DNA from: a virus
Lineage: Duplodnaviria > Heunggongvirae > Uroviricota > Caudoviricetes
Strand: one strand, 5' to 3'
Length of the DNA stretch: 32,653 nucleotides
Virus record (IMG/VR): IMGVR_UViG_2541047739_000007
Shown: piece by piece, positions 7,865 to 16,736 of the stretch
Layout: the number at the start of each line of letters is the position of its first letter
Position numbering within the stretch: position 1 is the first letter of the stretch
Program-made: the position numbers and the translations under genes
The notes under the pieces: generated by a model
The model's database searches: none
Told to the model about the DNA's origin: nothing
What the model saw: only the letters and a program-made list of their open reading frames with translations

Positions 7865-8795
7865 ATTAACCGGCTATGTATGGGATGGTTGCGCAGCGTC
7901 AGGCATGAAATTATCCAGCGTGGCAATTATGGCCCGCCTGGCTGATTTCAGTAATGACGAAGGTGTGTGCTGGCCATCGATTGAAACCATTGCCCGCCAG
8001 ATTGGCGCGGGGATGAGTACAGTCAGAACGGCTATCGCACGGCTGGAAGCAGAAGGCTGGTTAACGCGTAAGGCGCGTCGCCAGGGTAACCGCAATGCGT
8101 CGAATGTTTATCAGCTTAACGTTGCGAAGCTTCAGGCTGCGGCATTTTCTCAACTGTCAGATTCTGACCCGTCAAAATCTGACGCATCAAAATCTGACCC
8201 GTCAAAATTTGATGCGTCGAAATCTGGCAAAAAAGCGGGTTTTCACCCGTCAGAATCTGGCGGGGATCCGTCAGTAAAATCAAAACATGATCCGTCAGAT
8301 AAAAAACCTTCTCGTCCGGACGCTTCGCAACCGGACACGCAGACGGCTGAACAGGATTTTTTAACTCGCCATCCTGATGCGGTTGTATTCAGCCCTAAAA
8401 AGCGCCAGTGGGGGACGCAGGATGATTTGACCTGCGCACAGTGGCTCTGGAAAAAAATCATCGCCCTGTACGAGCAGGCTGCCGAATGTGACGGCGAGGT
8501 GGTTCGTCCCAAAGAACCGAACTGGACAGCCTGGGCAAACGAAATTCGCCTGATGTGTGTGCAGGATGGTCGTACTCACAAACAAATCTGCGAGATGTAC
8601 AGCCGCGTCAGCCGCGATCCGTTCTGGTGCCGTAACGTGCTCAGCCCGTCGAAGCTGCGGGAAAAATGGGATGAGCTTTCCCTGCGCTTATCGCCGTCCG
8701 TAAGCACGTACACCGAAAAACGCGAAGACCCGTACTTCAAAGCCAGTTACGACAACGTGGACTACAGCCAGATCCCGGCAGGATTCAGGGGGTAA
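7854..8795 (+). CDS. Replication initiator (lambda O-like organisation: N-terminal winged-helix, acidic/serine linker, C-terminal domain)
   Basis: 313 aa; iteron array lies inside the linker-coding region (SDSDPSKSDASKSDPSKFDASKSGKK); position downstream of cro/CII-like genes. Confidence 0.7.
   Translation: MSTKLTGYVWDGCAASGMKLSSVAIMARLADFSNDEGVCWPSIETIARQIGAGMSTVRTAIARLEAEGWLTRKARRQGNRNASNVYQLNVAKLQAAAFSQLSDSDPSKSDASKSDPSKFDASKSGKKAGFHPSESGGDPSVKSKHDPSDKKPSRPDASQPDTQTAEQDFLTRHPDAVVFSPKKRQWGTQDDLTCAQWLWKKIIALYEQAAECDGEVVRPKEPNWTAWANEIRLMCVQDGRTHKQICEMYSRVSRDPFWCRNVLSPSKLREKWDELSLRLSPSVSTYTEKREDPYFKASYDNVDYSQIPAGFRG
8164..8223. repeat. Four tandem 15-bp iterons (TCTGACCCGTCAAAA family), candidate replication origin, with degenerate copies to about 8300
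   Basis: TCTGACCCGTCAAAA / TCTGACGCATCAAAA / TCTGACCCGTCAAAA / TTTGATGCGTCGAAA in register, then an A-rich tract and more CCGTCAG copies. Confidence 0.7.
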
Positions 8796-8797
8796 TC

Positions 8798-9286
8798 ATG
8801 AGTCTTTTGAATGAAGTTCAGAAATTCATTGAAGCCCATCCGGGGTGTACTTCCGGAGACATTGCGGATGCTTTTGCAGGTTACTCACGGCAGCGCGTTC
8901 TGCAGTCAGCAAGCAAGTTACGTCAGAGTGGGCGTGTGGCTCACCGTTGTGAAGGGGATACACGCAGACATTTCCCGCGCCTGACTGAGAGAGCGCAGGA
9001 GCCGGAACCACAACCAGTTCGTGAAACCAGACCTGCGCGCAATTTCTATGTCGGCACTAACGATCCACGGGTAATTTTGTGCCTGACCCGCCAGGCTGAA
9101 GAACTGGAGTCCAGGGGCTTATACCGTCGTGCTGCAACCGTGTGGATGGCGGCATTCCGTGAAAGCCACTCCCAACCAGAACGAAACAATTTTCTGGCGC
9201 GTCGTGAGCGGTGTTTACGGAAAAGCAGCAAGCGCGCTGCATCGGGTGAAGAGTGGTATCTGTCAGGGAATTACGTGGGGGCTTAA
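8798..9286 (+). CDS. Hypothetical protein in the replication module (possible helicase-loader or regulatory role)
   Basis: 162-aa ORF immediately after the initiator; stop overlaps the next start (TAATG). Confidence 0.45.
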   Translation: MSLLNEVQKFIEAHPGCTSGDIADAFAGYSRQRVLQSASKLRQSGRVAHRCEGDTRRHFPRLTERAQEPEPQPVRETRPARNFYVGTNDPRVILCLTRQAEELESRGLYRRAATVWMAAFRESHSQPERNNFLARRERCLRKSSKRAASGEEWYLSGNYVGA

Positions 9287-9939
9287 TGAGTAATAAATAT
9301 TGCCAGGCGCTGGTGGAACTGCGGAACAAACCAGCCCATGAACTGAAGGAAGTGGGCGATCAGTGGCGCACGCCGGACAACATTTTCTGGGGAATTAACA
9401 CCCTGTTTGGCCCGTTTGTTCTGGATCTGTTCACTGACGGTGATAACACCAAATGTGCTGCGTATTACACGGCGGAAGACAACGCGCTGGCGCATGACTG
9501 GTCAGAACGTCTTGCGGAGCTTAAAGGTGCTGCCTTTGGTAATCCCCCATACAGCCGCGCCAGTCAGCATGAGGGGCAATACATCACAGGCATGCGTTAC
9601 ATCATGAAGCATGCCAGTGCCATGCGTGATAAAGGCGGGCGCTATGTTTTCCTGATCAAAGCTGCCACCAGCGAAGTGTGGTGGCCGGAAGATGCAGATC
9701 ATATTGCTTTTATTCGCGGGCGTATTGGTTTTGAACTGCCTGCCTGGTTTATCCCGAAAGATGAGAAGCAGGTGCCGACAGGCGCTTTCTTCGCTGGTGC
9801 TATTGCTGTTTTCGACAAGACCTGGAAGGGACCGGCAATCAGCTACATCGGGCGCGATGAACTTGAGGCATGTGGTGAGGCGTTTCTGGCGCAGGTTCGC
9901 CAGCAGGCGGAAAAACTGGTCAGGGAGATGGCGGCATGA
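9286..9939 (+). CDS. Phage N6-adenine DNA methyltransferase (Dam-like)
   Basis: Start MSNKYCQAL coupled to the upstream stop; catalytic GNPPYS (NPPY) motif. Confidence 0.8.
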   Translation: MSNKYCQALVELRNKPAHELKEVGDQWRTPDNIFWGINTLFGPFVLDLFTDGDNTKCAAYYTAEDNALAHDWSERLAELKGAAFGNPPYSRASQHEGQYITGMRYIMKHASAMRDKGGRYVFLIKAATSEVWWPEDADHIAFIRGRIGFELPAWFIPKDEKQVPTGAFFAGAIAVFDKTWKGPAISYIGRDELEACGEAFLAQVRQQAEKLVREMAA

Positions 9940-10262
9940 CGACGTTAACTCAATGCCAGCAGCAGGTGCTGGATATGCTGATTTCTTATCAGAAAGAACG
10001 TGGCTTCCCGCCAACCAATCAGGAGGTGGCAACCATGCTGGGATACCGTTCAGTGAATGCAGCGGTGGAGCATCTTCGCGCACTGGAGAAAAAAGGCGTC
10101 ATCACGATAAAGCGTGGTGTGGCCCGGGGGATCACGCTTCATACCGTGGTGAAGGACGACGACAGCGAGGCGGTCGGGATTATCCGCTCACTGCTTGCCG
10201 GTGAGGAAAACGCCAGGCTGCGTGCAGCCCACTGGTTACATGAGAGGGGCCTGAAAGTATGA
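9936..10262 (+). CDS. LexA DNA-binding-domain-only protein (no S24 peptidase domain)
   Basis: 108 aa; MTTLTQCQQQVLDML...GFPPTNQEVATMLGYRSVNAAVEHLRALEKKGVITIKRGVARGITL aligns along its length with the LexA N-terminal winged-helix domain; the ORF ends before any peptidase domain. Confidence 0.7.
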   Translation: MTTLTQCQQQVLDMLISYQKERGFPPTNQEVATMLGYRSVNAAVEHLRALEKKGVITIKRGVARGITLHTVVKDDDSEAVGIIRSLLAGEENARLRAAHWLHERGLKV

Positions 10263-10654
10263 AGTTGATCCTACCTTTTCCGCCCAGCGTGAACACGTAC
10301 TGGCGACACCCCAACAAAGGGGCGTTTGCTGGTAAGAGCCTGATAAGCGCGGCGGGGCGAAAATTCCAGAGCGCGGCGTGTGCAGCAATAGTTGAGCAGT
10401 TACGTCGTCTGCCGAAACCAACGTCGGCACCTGCTTCAGTGGAGATCGTGTTGTTTCCTCCGGATAACCGGATCCGCGATCTGGACAACTATAACAAGGC
10501 GCTGTTTGACGCCCTGACCCACGCGGGTGTGTGGGAAGACGACAGTCAGGTGAAAAGAATGCTGGTGGAGTGGGGACCGGTTATCCCGGAGGGGAAGGTC
10601 GAGATCACTATCAGTAAGTACGAAAAAGCGAGTTGCAAATTAGCAACTCGGTAA
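10259..10654 (+). CDS. rusA: Holliday-junction resolvase RusA
   Basis: 131 aa; PPSVNTYWRH...DLDNYNKALFDALT motifs characteristic of RusA. Confidence 0.85.
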   Translation: MKLILPFPPSVNTYWRHPNKGAFAGKSLISAAGRKFQSAACAAIVEQLRRLPKPTSAPASVEIVLFPPDNRIRDLDNYNKALFDALTHAGVWEDDSQVKRMLVEWGPVIPEGKVEITISKYEKASCKLATR

Positions 10655-10699
10655 CGGAATTGAGCAACACCCTAAATTTGGGTATTACCTCGTTAAAGA

Positions 10700-10719
10700 T
10701 ACTGTATTTATGAACAGTG
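10700..10719. promoter_or_regulatory. Candidate LexA (SOS) box TACTGTATTTATGAACAGTG
   Basis: CTG-N10-CAG with AT-rich centre; close to consensus TACTGTATATATATACAGTA; in the 160-bp gap upstream of the KilA-N gene. Confidence 0.65.
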
Positions 10720-10816
10720 TATCCTTGATAACTATTAAAAATCGCAGTAAGTTCATCCTGCATCAACGAAAAGGGAGTGCAGTCCCGCTCGTGGATAAAA
10801 ATTTGTGGAGAAACCA

Positions 10817-11632
10817 ATGAATCAGTTGCTTGTAATTGATGGCGTTTCTGTGCGCCAGTACTTCGAATCTAACTACTGTCTTAACGACCTTCAGAAAGCA
10901 GCTCTTCTTGCCGCTGGTGAGAATCGCTCCTCCCGTTCGCTGGAAGTTCACGAGTTTATGCGTCGTCCTGAAACGAAGGCTCTTGTGGAATTATTGGAAG
11001 AAGAAACTACGGGAGATTCCCGTAGTATTCCTGTCATCACCATTCAGGGGCGCAATGGTGGGACGTATGTCTGTAAAGAGCTGGTCTATGCATATGCAAT
11101 GTGGATCAGCCCGGCATTCAGCTTAAAAGTGATACGTACTTTTGATGCGCTTCATAATTCATCACCAGAAGAAACCACATCCGACAAAATTAAATCCGGG
11201 GTCATTCTGCTTGAATCAGCAGCAAAGACTCTAAATCTGTCAAACTCCTCGAAACTTGGTGCATACCAGAAATTATCAAAGGTAGCTGGTCTTCCTGAAC
11301 TTATGCCGATCTATGCCATTGATGCACCTGCTGATGCGCCAGATGGTTCAAGCCGCCCTACGCTGTCGCTGAGTGCACTGCTGAAGCAGTATGGTATCCG
11401 CCTGACGGCTAATCAGGCATATCACCAGATGGCGAAGCTGGGGATCGTTGAACAACGCGAACGATACAGCCGTACCGCGATTAACAACATCAAAAAATTC
11501 TGGTCGCTGACCGCGAAAGGCTGCATGTTCGGCAAGAACATCACCAGTCCTGCAAATCCGCGCGAGACGCAGCCGCATTTCTTCGAATCCCGATTTCCTG
11601 AGCTGTTAAAGCTGCTCGATACCGTTCATTGA
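10817..11632 (+). CDS. KilA-N domain protein (candidate SOS-controlled antirepressor)
   Basis: Start MNQLLVIDGV with GGAGA SD; KilA-N/APSES-like core (GGTYVCKELVYAYAMWISPAFSLKVIRTFD); about 272 aa. Confidence 0.65.
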   Translation: MNQLLVIDGVSVRQYFESNYCLNDLQKAALLAAGENRSSRSLEVHEFMRRPETKALVELLEEETTGDSRSIPVITIQGRNGGTYVCKELVYAYAMWISPAFSLKVIRTFDALHNSSPEETTSDKIKSGVILLESAAKTLNLSNSSKLGAYQKLSKVAGLPELMPIYAIDAPADAPDGSSRPTLSLSALLKQYGIRLTANQAYHQMAKLGIVEQRERYSRTAINNIKKFWSLTAKGCMFGKNITSPANPRETQPHFFESRFPELLKLLDTVH

Positions 11633-11633
11633 G

Positions 11634-12629
11634 GTGACCGTGAGAGCACTACTGACCCCTGAAATTGCCCCGCGTATGGGGATCGTATTGTTCAGGCCAG
11701 GTTCAGAGCTGATGCCCCTGTTTATGCAGGGGCGTGTCCTGCTGGAGCCTGAGCCGGAGCGTTATTCATCTTTCGCCAGTGGTGCCGTTCCGGCGGCATC
11801 ACAACCGCTGGCGGATGATCCTGCCGTTCGGGCCGTGTTCCGCCATGAGGCAGTGATCCGTCGTGCTGGTGGCGTGGAATGTCTTGAAAGCTGGTTACTT
11901 CGTGAAAAAGGCTGCCAGTGGCCTCATTCCGGATGGCACAGCGAGAACATGACCACAATGCGACACGCTCCGGGTGCAATCCGTCTGTGCTGGCACTGCG
12001 ATAACCAGCTGCGCGATCAGTTCACGGAACGGCTGGAATCAATGGCAACGGATAACTGTGCCCGCTGGGTGTTGTCTGTTGTGCGTCGGGATCTCGGTTT
12101 TGATGACAGTCACGTTGTGACAATGCCGGAACTGTGCTGGTGGCTGATTCGTAATGACCTGGCGGATGCCTTACCGGAAAGTGCAGCCCGTAAGGCACTG
12201 AGATTACCGAAGCCTGTTGTGCCGTCTGTCACCCGGGAAAGTGACCTTGTGCCTTCGGTTCCTGCCACCAGCATCATCCAGGATAAAGCGAAAAAGGTGC
12301 TGGCGCTGAAAGTGGATCCGGAGTCGCCGGAGTCTTTTATGTTACGCCCAAAACGTCGCCGCTGGGTTAATGAAAAGTACACGCGCTGGGTTAAGACGCA
12401 GCCGTGCGCATGTTGTGGAAAGCCTGCTGATGATCCCCACCACCTGATAGGCCACGGTCAGGGGGGAATGGGTACAAAAGCGCATGACCTCTTCGTGTTG
12501 CCTTTGTGCAGAAAGCATCACGACGAGCTGCATGCGGATACCGTGGCATTTGAAGAGAAGTATGGCTCCCAGCTGGAGCTGATATTTCGTTTTATCGATC
12601 GCGCACTGGCGATTGGTGTGCTGGCCTGA
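11634..12629 (+). CDS. DUF968-like protein with C-terminal HNH-like Cys/His motif
   Basis: 331-aa ORF (GTG start); C-terminus [18 protein letters not shown]...[10 protein letters not shown]. Confidence 0.55.
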   Translation: MTVRALLTPEIAPRMGIVLFRPGSELMPLFMQGRVLLEPEPERYSSFASGAVPAASQPLADDPAVRAVFRHEAVIRRAGGVECLESWLLREKGCQWPHSGWHSENMTTMRHAPGAIRLCWHCDNQLRDQFTERLESMATDNCARWVLSVVRRDLGFDDSHVVTMPELCWWLIRNDLADALPESAARKALRLPKPVVPSVTRESDLVPSVPATSIIQDKAKKVLALKVDPESPESFMLRPKRRRWVNEKYTRWVKTQPCACCGKPADDPHHLIGHGQGGMGTKAHDLFVLPLCRKHHDELHADTVAFEEKYGSQLELIFRFIDRALAIGVLA

Positions 12630-12646
12630 TTTTGTGGAGAAAGTTA

Positions 12647-13030
12647 ATGCGTGATATTCAGATGGTTCTTGAACGTTGGGGAGCGTGGGCGGCTAATAAT
12701 CATGAAGATGTGACCTGGTCGTCCATTGCCGCCGGTTTTAAGGGATTAATTCCTTCAAAAGTAAAATCTCGCCCGCAATGTTGTGACGATGACGCGATGA
12801 TCATTTGCGGGTGCATGGCCCGTCTGAAAAAGAACAACAGCGATTTACACGATTTATTAGTAGATTATTATGTATGTGGTATGACATTCATGTCACTGGC
12901 AAGTAAGCATTGCTGCTCGGATGGTTATATCGGGAAAAGGTTACAGAAGGCTGAGGGCATAATTGAAGGGATGTTAATGGCATTAGATATCCGGTTAGAT
13001 ATGGATATCGTTGCTAATAATTCTAATTGA
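12647..13030 (+). CDS. Late-gene antiterminator, Q-like
   Basis: Start [11 protein letters not shown] with GGAGA SD; Cys-rich ([12 protein letters not shown]); position between nin-type genes and the lysis cassette. Confidence 0.55.
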   Translation: MRDIQMVLERWGAWAANNHEDVTWSSIAAGFKGLIPSKVKSRPQCCDDDAMIICGCMARLKKNNSDLHDLLVDYYVCGMTFMSLASKHCCSDGYIGKRLQKAEGIIEGMLMALDIRLDMDIVANNSN

Positions 13031-13049
13031 TATGCAATTGTTTACTAAA

Positions 13050-13080
13050 AGTTATTAAAAATGGGGCGTGGAAACGCCCC
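13050..13080 (-). terminator. Candidate intrinsic terminator, minus strand, downstream of the porin gene
   Basis: GGGGCGT-GGAA-ACGCCCC hairpin followed on the minus strand by AUUUUUAAU. Confidence 0.4.
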
Positions 13081-13171
13081 CAAAATAAAGGGTAATATAT
13101 AACAGAAGGTTTATATAGTAAGAAGCAAGGTAGTGCTTCTAAAGGAAGTGGCTTGAGGGCTCCACTTATAT

Positions 13172-13207
13172 GTTGCGGAGGCAAAGCCTCCCGCAACATA
13201 TCTTTTT
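13172..13207 (+). terminator. Candidate intrinsic terminator, plus strand, downstream of Q
   Basis: About 10-bp stem (GTTGCGGAGG / CCTCCCGCAAC, one bulge) with CAAAG loop, then a T5 run. Confidence 0.5.
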
Positions 13208-13218
13208 CGTAAGTCAGA

Positions 13219-14301
13219 TTAGAACTGATAAACCAGACCTACAGCGACGATGTCGTCGGTATCAATACCAGCTGTTTTGGTAAACTTACTATCGTCAATT
13301 AAGTTGATTTTGTAATCAACAAAAGTGGACATGTTTTTATTAAAGTAGTAAGTAGCACCGACATCGACATACTTGACTAAGTCTCGGTCACCATGAACAC
13401 CAAGGTCTTTACCTTTTGACTGAAGGTAAGCAACAGATGGACGCAGACCGAAGTCAAACTGATATTGTGCTACTGCTTCAAAGTTTTGTGCTTTGTTTGC
13501 AATATGGTTATTACCAAAAACGGTCATATTCTGAGTTTCAGAATATGTGGTAGCCAGATAGATATTGTTCGCATCATATTTCAGGCCTGCAGCCCATACT
13601 TCCGCATTTTTGCCGGAGGCATTGAATTTGCTCTTACCATAGGCGACCTGACCGTCAGTGCGATCTGATTTAGCATAGGTTGCACCCACGCCGAATCCTT
13701 CATACTCATAAGTAGTGGAGAAACCGAAACCATCACCATTGGCTTCAGTTACGTCAGTGCGGTCATTTTTACCCTGATACTGAGCAGCAAAGTTCAGGCC
13801 ATCGACCAGACCAAAGAAGTCGTTGTTACGATAAGTTGCAACACCAGTAGTGCGACCAGTCATGAACACATCTGTTTGGGTCCAGGTATCACCACCGAAT
13901 TCTGGCAGGACGTCAGTCCACGCACCGATGTCGTATGCTACACCGTAGTTACGGCCGTAATCGATTGAGCCGTAATCACCAAATTTCAGGCCTGCAAATG
14001 CAAGACGGGTTTTGTCTTTGGAAGAACCTTGAGATTCAGCACGGTTGCCTTTGAATTCATATTCCCACTGACCGAAACCAGTCAGTTGATCGTTGATTTG
14101 GGTTTCACCTTTGAAGCCAAGACGGGCATAAGTAGTATCACCATCATCTGCATCATTAGAGGAGAAGTAGTGCTTGGCATTAACTTTCCCGTATAGATCC
14201 AGCTTGTTACTGTCTTTATTATAAATTTCAGCTGCCTGAGCAGACATCGCCATCAGTACTGATGCAGCTACAGCAGAAATTGCCACTGTTAATTTTTTCA
14301 T
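13219..14301 (-). CDS. nmpC: OmpC/OmpF-family outer-membrane porin (prophage-borne NmpC/Lc type)
   Basis: 360 aa; signal peptide [23 protein letters not shown]; porin C-terminus ...VGLVYQF; on the opposite strand between Q and the lysis genes. Confidence 0.9.
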   Translation of the reverse strand: MKKLTVAISAVAASVLMAMSAQAAEIYNKDSNKLDLYGKVNAKHYFSSNDADDGDTTYARLGFKGETQINDQLTGFGQWEYEFKGNRAESQGSSKDKTRLAFAGLKFGDYGSIDYGRNYGVAYDIGAWTDVLPEFGGDTWTQTDVFMTGRTTGVATYRNNDFFGLVDGLNFAAQYQGKNDRTDVTEANGDGFGFSTTYEYEGFGVGATYAKSDRTDGQVAYGKSKFNASGKNAEVWAAGLKYDANNIYLATTYSETQNMTVFGNNHIANKAQNFEAVAQYQFDFGLRPSVAYLQSKGKDLGVHGDRDLVKYVDVGATYYFNKNMSTFVDYKINLIDDSKFTKTAGIDTDDIVAVGLVYQF

Positions 14302-14728
14302 TGTACGCCCTTTTTTTTGAACTATTATTAAAAAATGATGTCACTGCGCGATAAATATTCATCTAATCAATGCGATTATTTCAAGATGTAAGTTTTAGTT
14401 TCTCATTTAATTTGTGAAGTAGATCTCTATTTTTATCTAAACCTTTTCTATCTAATCCTATTCATGGCTCTTGTTTGAACGAAAATAAATCTATTAGCTA
14501 ATTTATATTAATGGCACTTATTTATAAGCGATCTATAATTCTTTAGCTTAATTTAAACAAGCTAAAAATAACATCGGAAATTATTCATTGGTTATTTGTT
14601 GAAGTTTTCTTATGTATTTGTGGTGGTGTTTTGAACACTCGGTGGCATTCTCACAAATATCATTTAGTAGTTTACGTACGTAAAAAATTGGTTATGCTGT
14701 TAAGAGTGGTTACTTCGTCACACAGCTT

Positions 14729-14761
14729 AAACCCGCCGTCGAGCGGGTTTTTCCATTTTTT
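14729..14761 (+). terminator. Intrinsic terminator about 130 bp upstream of the holin (candidate tR')
   Basis: AAACCCGC-CGTCGA-GCGGGTTT hairpin followed by a U-rich tract. Confidence 0.55.
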
Positions 14762-14890
14762 GAGTCTCGATATTAGCTGATAACCCAATACCTGAGTTAT
14801 TCACTGACTCCGAATCTGTTACGTTTCTGCCTTTATTGCGATACGTAGTATCCCCTTAATTTACACCCGCTTTGTCTGCGAGGTGGGGTT

Positions 14891-15106
14891 ATGAAATCCA
14901 TGGATAAGTTAACAACGGGTGTCGCCTATGGCACCTCAGCAGGTAGTGCCGGATACTGGTTTTTACAGCTGCTAGATAAAGTCACGCCCTCACAGTGGGC
15001 GGCAATTGGAGTGCTGGGTAGCCTGGTATTTGGCCTGCTGACGTACCTGACAAACCTTTATTTCAAGATTAAAGAAGATAAGCGCAAGGCTGCGAGAGGT
15101 GGATAA
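14891..15106 (+). CDS. Class II holin (phage 21 S-type pinholin)
   Basis: 71 aa; two TM segments ([17 protein letters not shown]), charged C-terminus; followed by a SAR endolysin. Confidence 0.85.
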
Positions 15107-15603
15107 TGCCTCCATCATTACGAAAAGCTGTTGCTGCTGCTATTGGTGGCGGGGCTATTGCTATAGCATCTGTGTTAATCACTGGCCCAAGTGGTAACGA
15201 TGGTCTGGAAGGTGTGAGACATAATCCTTACAAAGACATAGTTGGTGTATGGACTGTATGTTACGGGCATACAGGAAAAGACATCATTCCCGGTAAAACG
15301 TATACCGAAGCAGAGTGCAAAGCCCTCCTGAATAAAGACCTTGCCACTGTCGCCAGACAAATTAACCCGTACATCAAAGTCGATATACCGGAAACAACGC
15401 GCGGCGCTCTTTACTCGTTCGTCTACAACGTGGGTGCTGGCAATTTCAGAACATCGACGCTTCTTCGCAAAATCAACCAGGGCGATATCAAAGGCGCATG
15501 TGACCAGCTACGTCGCTGGACATACGCTGGCGGTAAGCAATGGAAAGGGCTGATGACTCGCCGTGAGATTGAGCGTGAAGTCTGTTTGTGGGGGCAGCAA
15601 TGA
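15106..15603 (+). CDS. SAR endolysin (lysozyme, GH24 / T4-lysozyme-like)
   Basis: 165 aa; N-terminal signal-anchor-release helix rich in G/A ([20 protein letters not shown]); catalytic E...D...T region; start overlaps the holin stop. Confidence 0.85.
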   Translation: MPPSLRKAVAAAIGGGAIAIASVLITGPSGNDGLEGVRHNPYKDIVGVWTVCYGHTGKDIIPGKTYTEAECKALLNKDLATVARQINPYIKVDIPETTRGALYSFVYNVGAGNFRTSTLLRKINQGDIKGACDQLRRWTYAGGKQWKGLMTRREIEREVCLWGQQ

Positions 15604-16037
15604 GCAGGTTAACCGCGATTATCTCCGCTCTGGTTATCTGCATCATCGTCTGTCTGTCATGGGCTGTTAATCATTACCGTGATAACGCCATTACCTATAA
15701 AGAACAGCGCGATAAAGCCACGTACATCATCGCTGACATGCAGAAGCGTCAACGTGACGTAGCAGAACTCGATGCCAGATATACAAAGGAGCTTGCTGAT
15801 GCTAACGCGACTATCGAAAGTCTCCGTGCTGATGTTTCTGCTGGGCGTAAGCGCCTGCAAGTCGCCGCCACCTGTGCAAAGTCAACGACCGGAGCCAGCG
15901 GCATGGGCGATGGAGAAAGCCCAGGACTTACAGCAGATGCTGAACTCAATTATTACCGTCTCCGAAGTGGAATCGACAAGATAACCGCGCAGGTTAACTA
16001 CCTGCAGGAATACATCAGGACGCAATGCCTGAATTAA
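15600..16037 (+). CDS. Spanin, inner-membrane subunit (Rz)
   Basis: Start overlaps the endolysin stop (ATGA); N-terminal TM helix followed by coiled-coil. Confidence 0.8.
   Translation: MSRLTAIISALVICIIVCLSWAVNHYRDNAITYKEQRDKATYIIADMQKRQRDVAELDARYTKELADANATIESLRADVSAGRKRLQVAATCAKSTTGASGMGDGESPGLTADAELNYYRLRSGIDKITAQVNYLQEYIRTQCLN
15799..15984 (+). CDS. Spanin, outer-membrane lipoprotein subunit (Rz1), embedded in the +1 frame of Rz
   Basis: [20 protein letters not shown] lipoprotein signal with lipobox Cys, proline-rich mature part; entirely within Rz. Confidence 0.7.
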   Translation: MLTRLSKVSVLMFLLGVSACKSPPPVQSQRPEPAAWAMEKAQDLQQMLNSIITVSEVESTR

Positions 16038-16069
16038 TTTTTTTGCAAATCACAAAGTCCATTTAATGA

Positions 16070-16091
16070 GCCTCGCGATGCGGGGCTTTTT
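16070..16091 (+). terminator. Intrinsic terminator after the lysis cassette
   Basis: GCCUCGC-GAU-GCGGGGC hairpin (one G-U pair) plus UUUUU. Confidence 0.6.
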
Positions 16092-16097
16092 GCAATA

Positions 16098-16123
16098 AAT
16101 GCGTACCGCAACGCATGTTTTTT
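16098..16123 (+). terminator. Second tandem intrinsic terminator
   Basis: ATGCGT-ACCGCA-ACGCAT hairpin plus GTTTTTT. Confidence 0.5.
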
Positions 16124-16238
16124 ACACCGAACCTGCCCCTTTGGAATGGGCCTTTGAGGATACCAGTTAGTGCTGGCGAGCCTCGGTGGGCTGGTTTCCT
16201 GTGCGGCAAAGGTTCATTTCAAAGAGTAGGTACACGCT

Positions 16239-16736
16239 ATGAAATCATTAACCCTCTTCAATCAACCAATTCGTATCGGTGAAGATGGCATGATCTGCCT
16301 CACTGATATGTGGAAAGCCAGTGGTAAAAGTGAATCTGAATCGCCTTACCACTACCTGCGAAACAAGCAGACCAAAGAGTTCTTAGCCGAGCTGGAGAAA
16401 AACCACGAATCTGTGGTTTTTACTGAGCGCGGTGTACACGGTGGAACATATGGCGGGAAGTTTGTTGCTTACGATTATGCGGCTTGGTTAAACCCCGGGT
16501 TCAAGTACGCGGCCTATAAAGTCCTCGATGACTACTTCACCGGAGAACTTCAGCATCGCAACAGCTTAAGTGCGCAGCTCAACATGAAATGTCATGAGTT
16601 TGACCAGAAGAAAGACATGGCGAGCTTCTGCGGACAAGGGCTGGCAGCATGGCGCTATACGAAGCCAGTGTTGGTCGCTGAGATTAACTCCCTGGCTAAC
16701 CAGCTGCAGATTACGATCCCCGGGCTTCCGGGATGA
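16239..16736 (+). CDS. KilA-N domain protein
   Basis: 165 aa; ...DGMICLTDMWKASGKSESESPYHYLRNKQTKEFLAELEK... matches the KilA-N pattern. Confidence 0.6.
   Translation: MKSLTLFNQPIRIGEDGMICLTDMWKASGKSESESPYHYLRNKQTKEFLAELEKNHESVVFTERGVHGGTYGGKFVAYDYAAWLNPGFKYAAYKVLDDYFTGELQHRNSLSAQLNMKCHEFDQKKDMASFCGQGLAAWRYTKPVLVAEINSLANQLQITIPGLPG

Noticed and set aside
8155-8310. Short tandem repeats that could be mistaken for a CRISPR array or a satellite
   Set aside because: The repeats are contiguous 15-mers without unique spacers, lie inside a replication-initiator ORF in frame, and match the iteron/origin arrangement of lambdoid O genes.
13027-13060. A sigma70-like late promoter immediately after the Q stop (TTGATA-N17-AGTTAT)
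   Set aside because: The -10 match is poor (3 of 6), so it is not called as a feature; the candidate upstream of the holin is noted in findings with low confidence instead.
13465-13668. 67-aa plus-strand ORF inside the porin gene
   Set aside because: Antisense to a complete, well-supported porin CDS; no SD.
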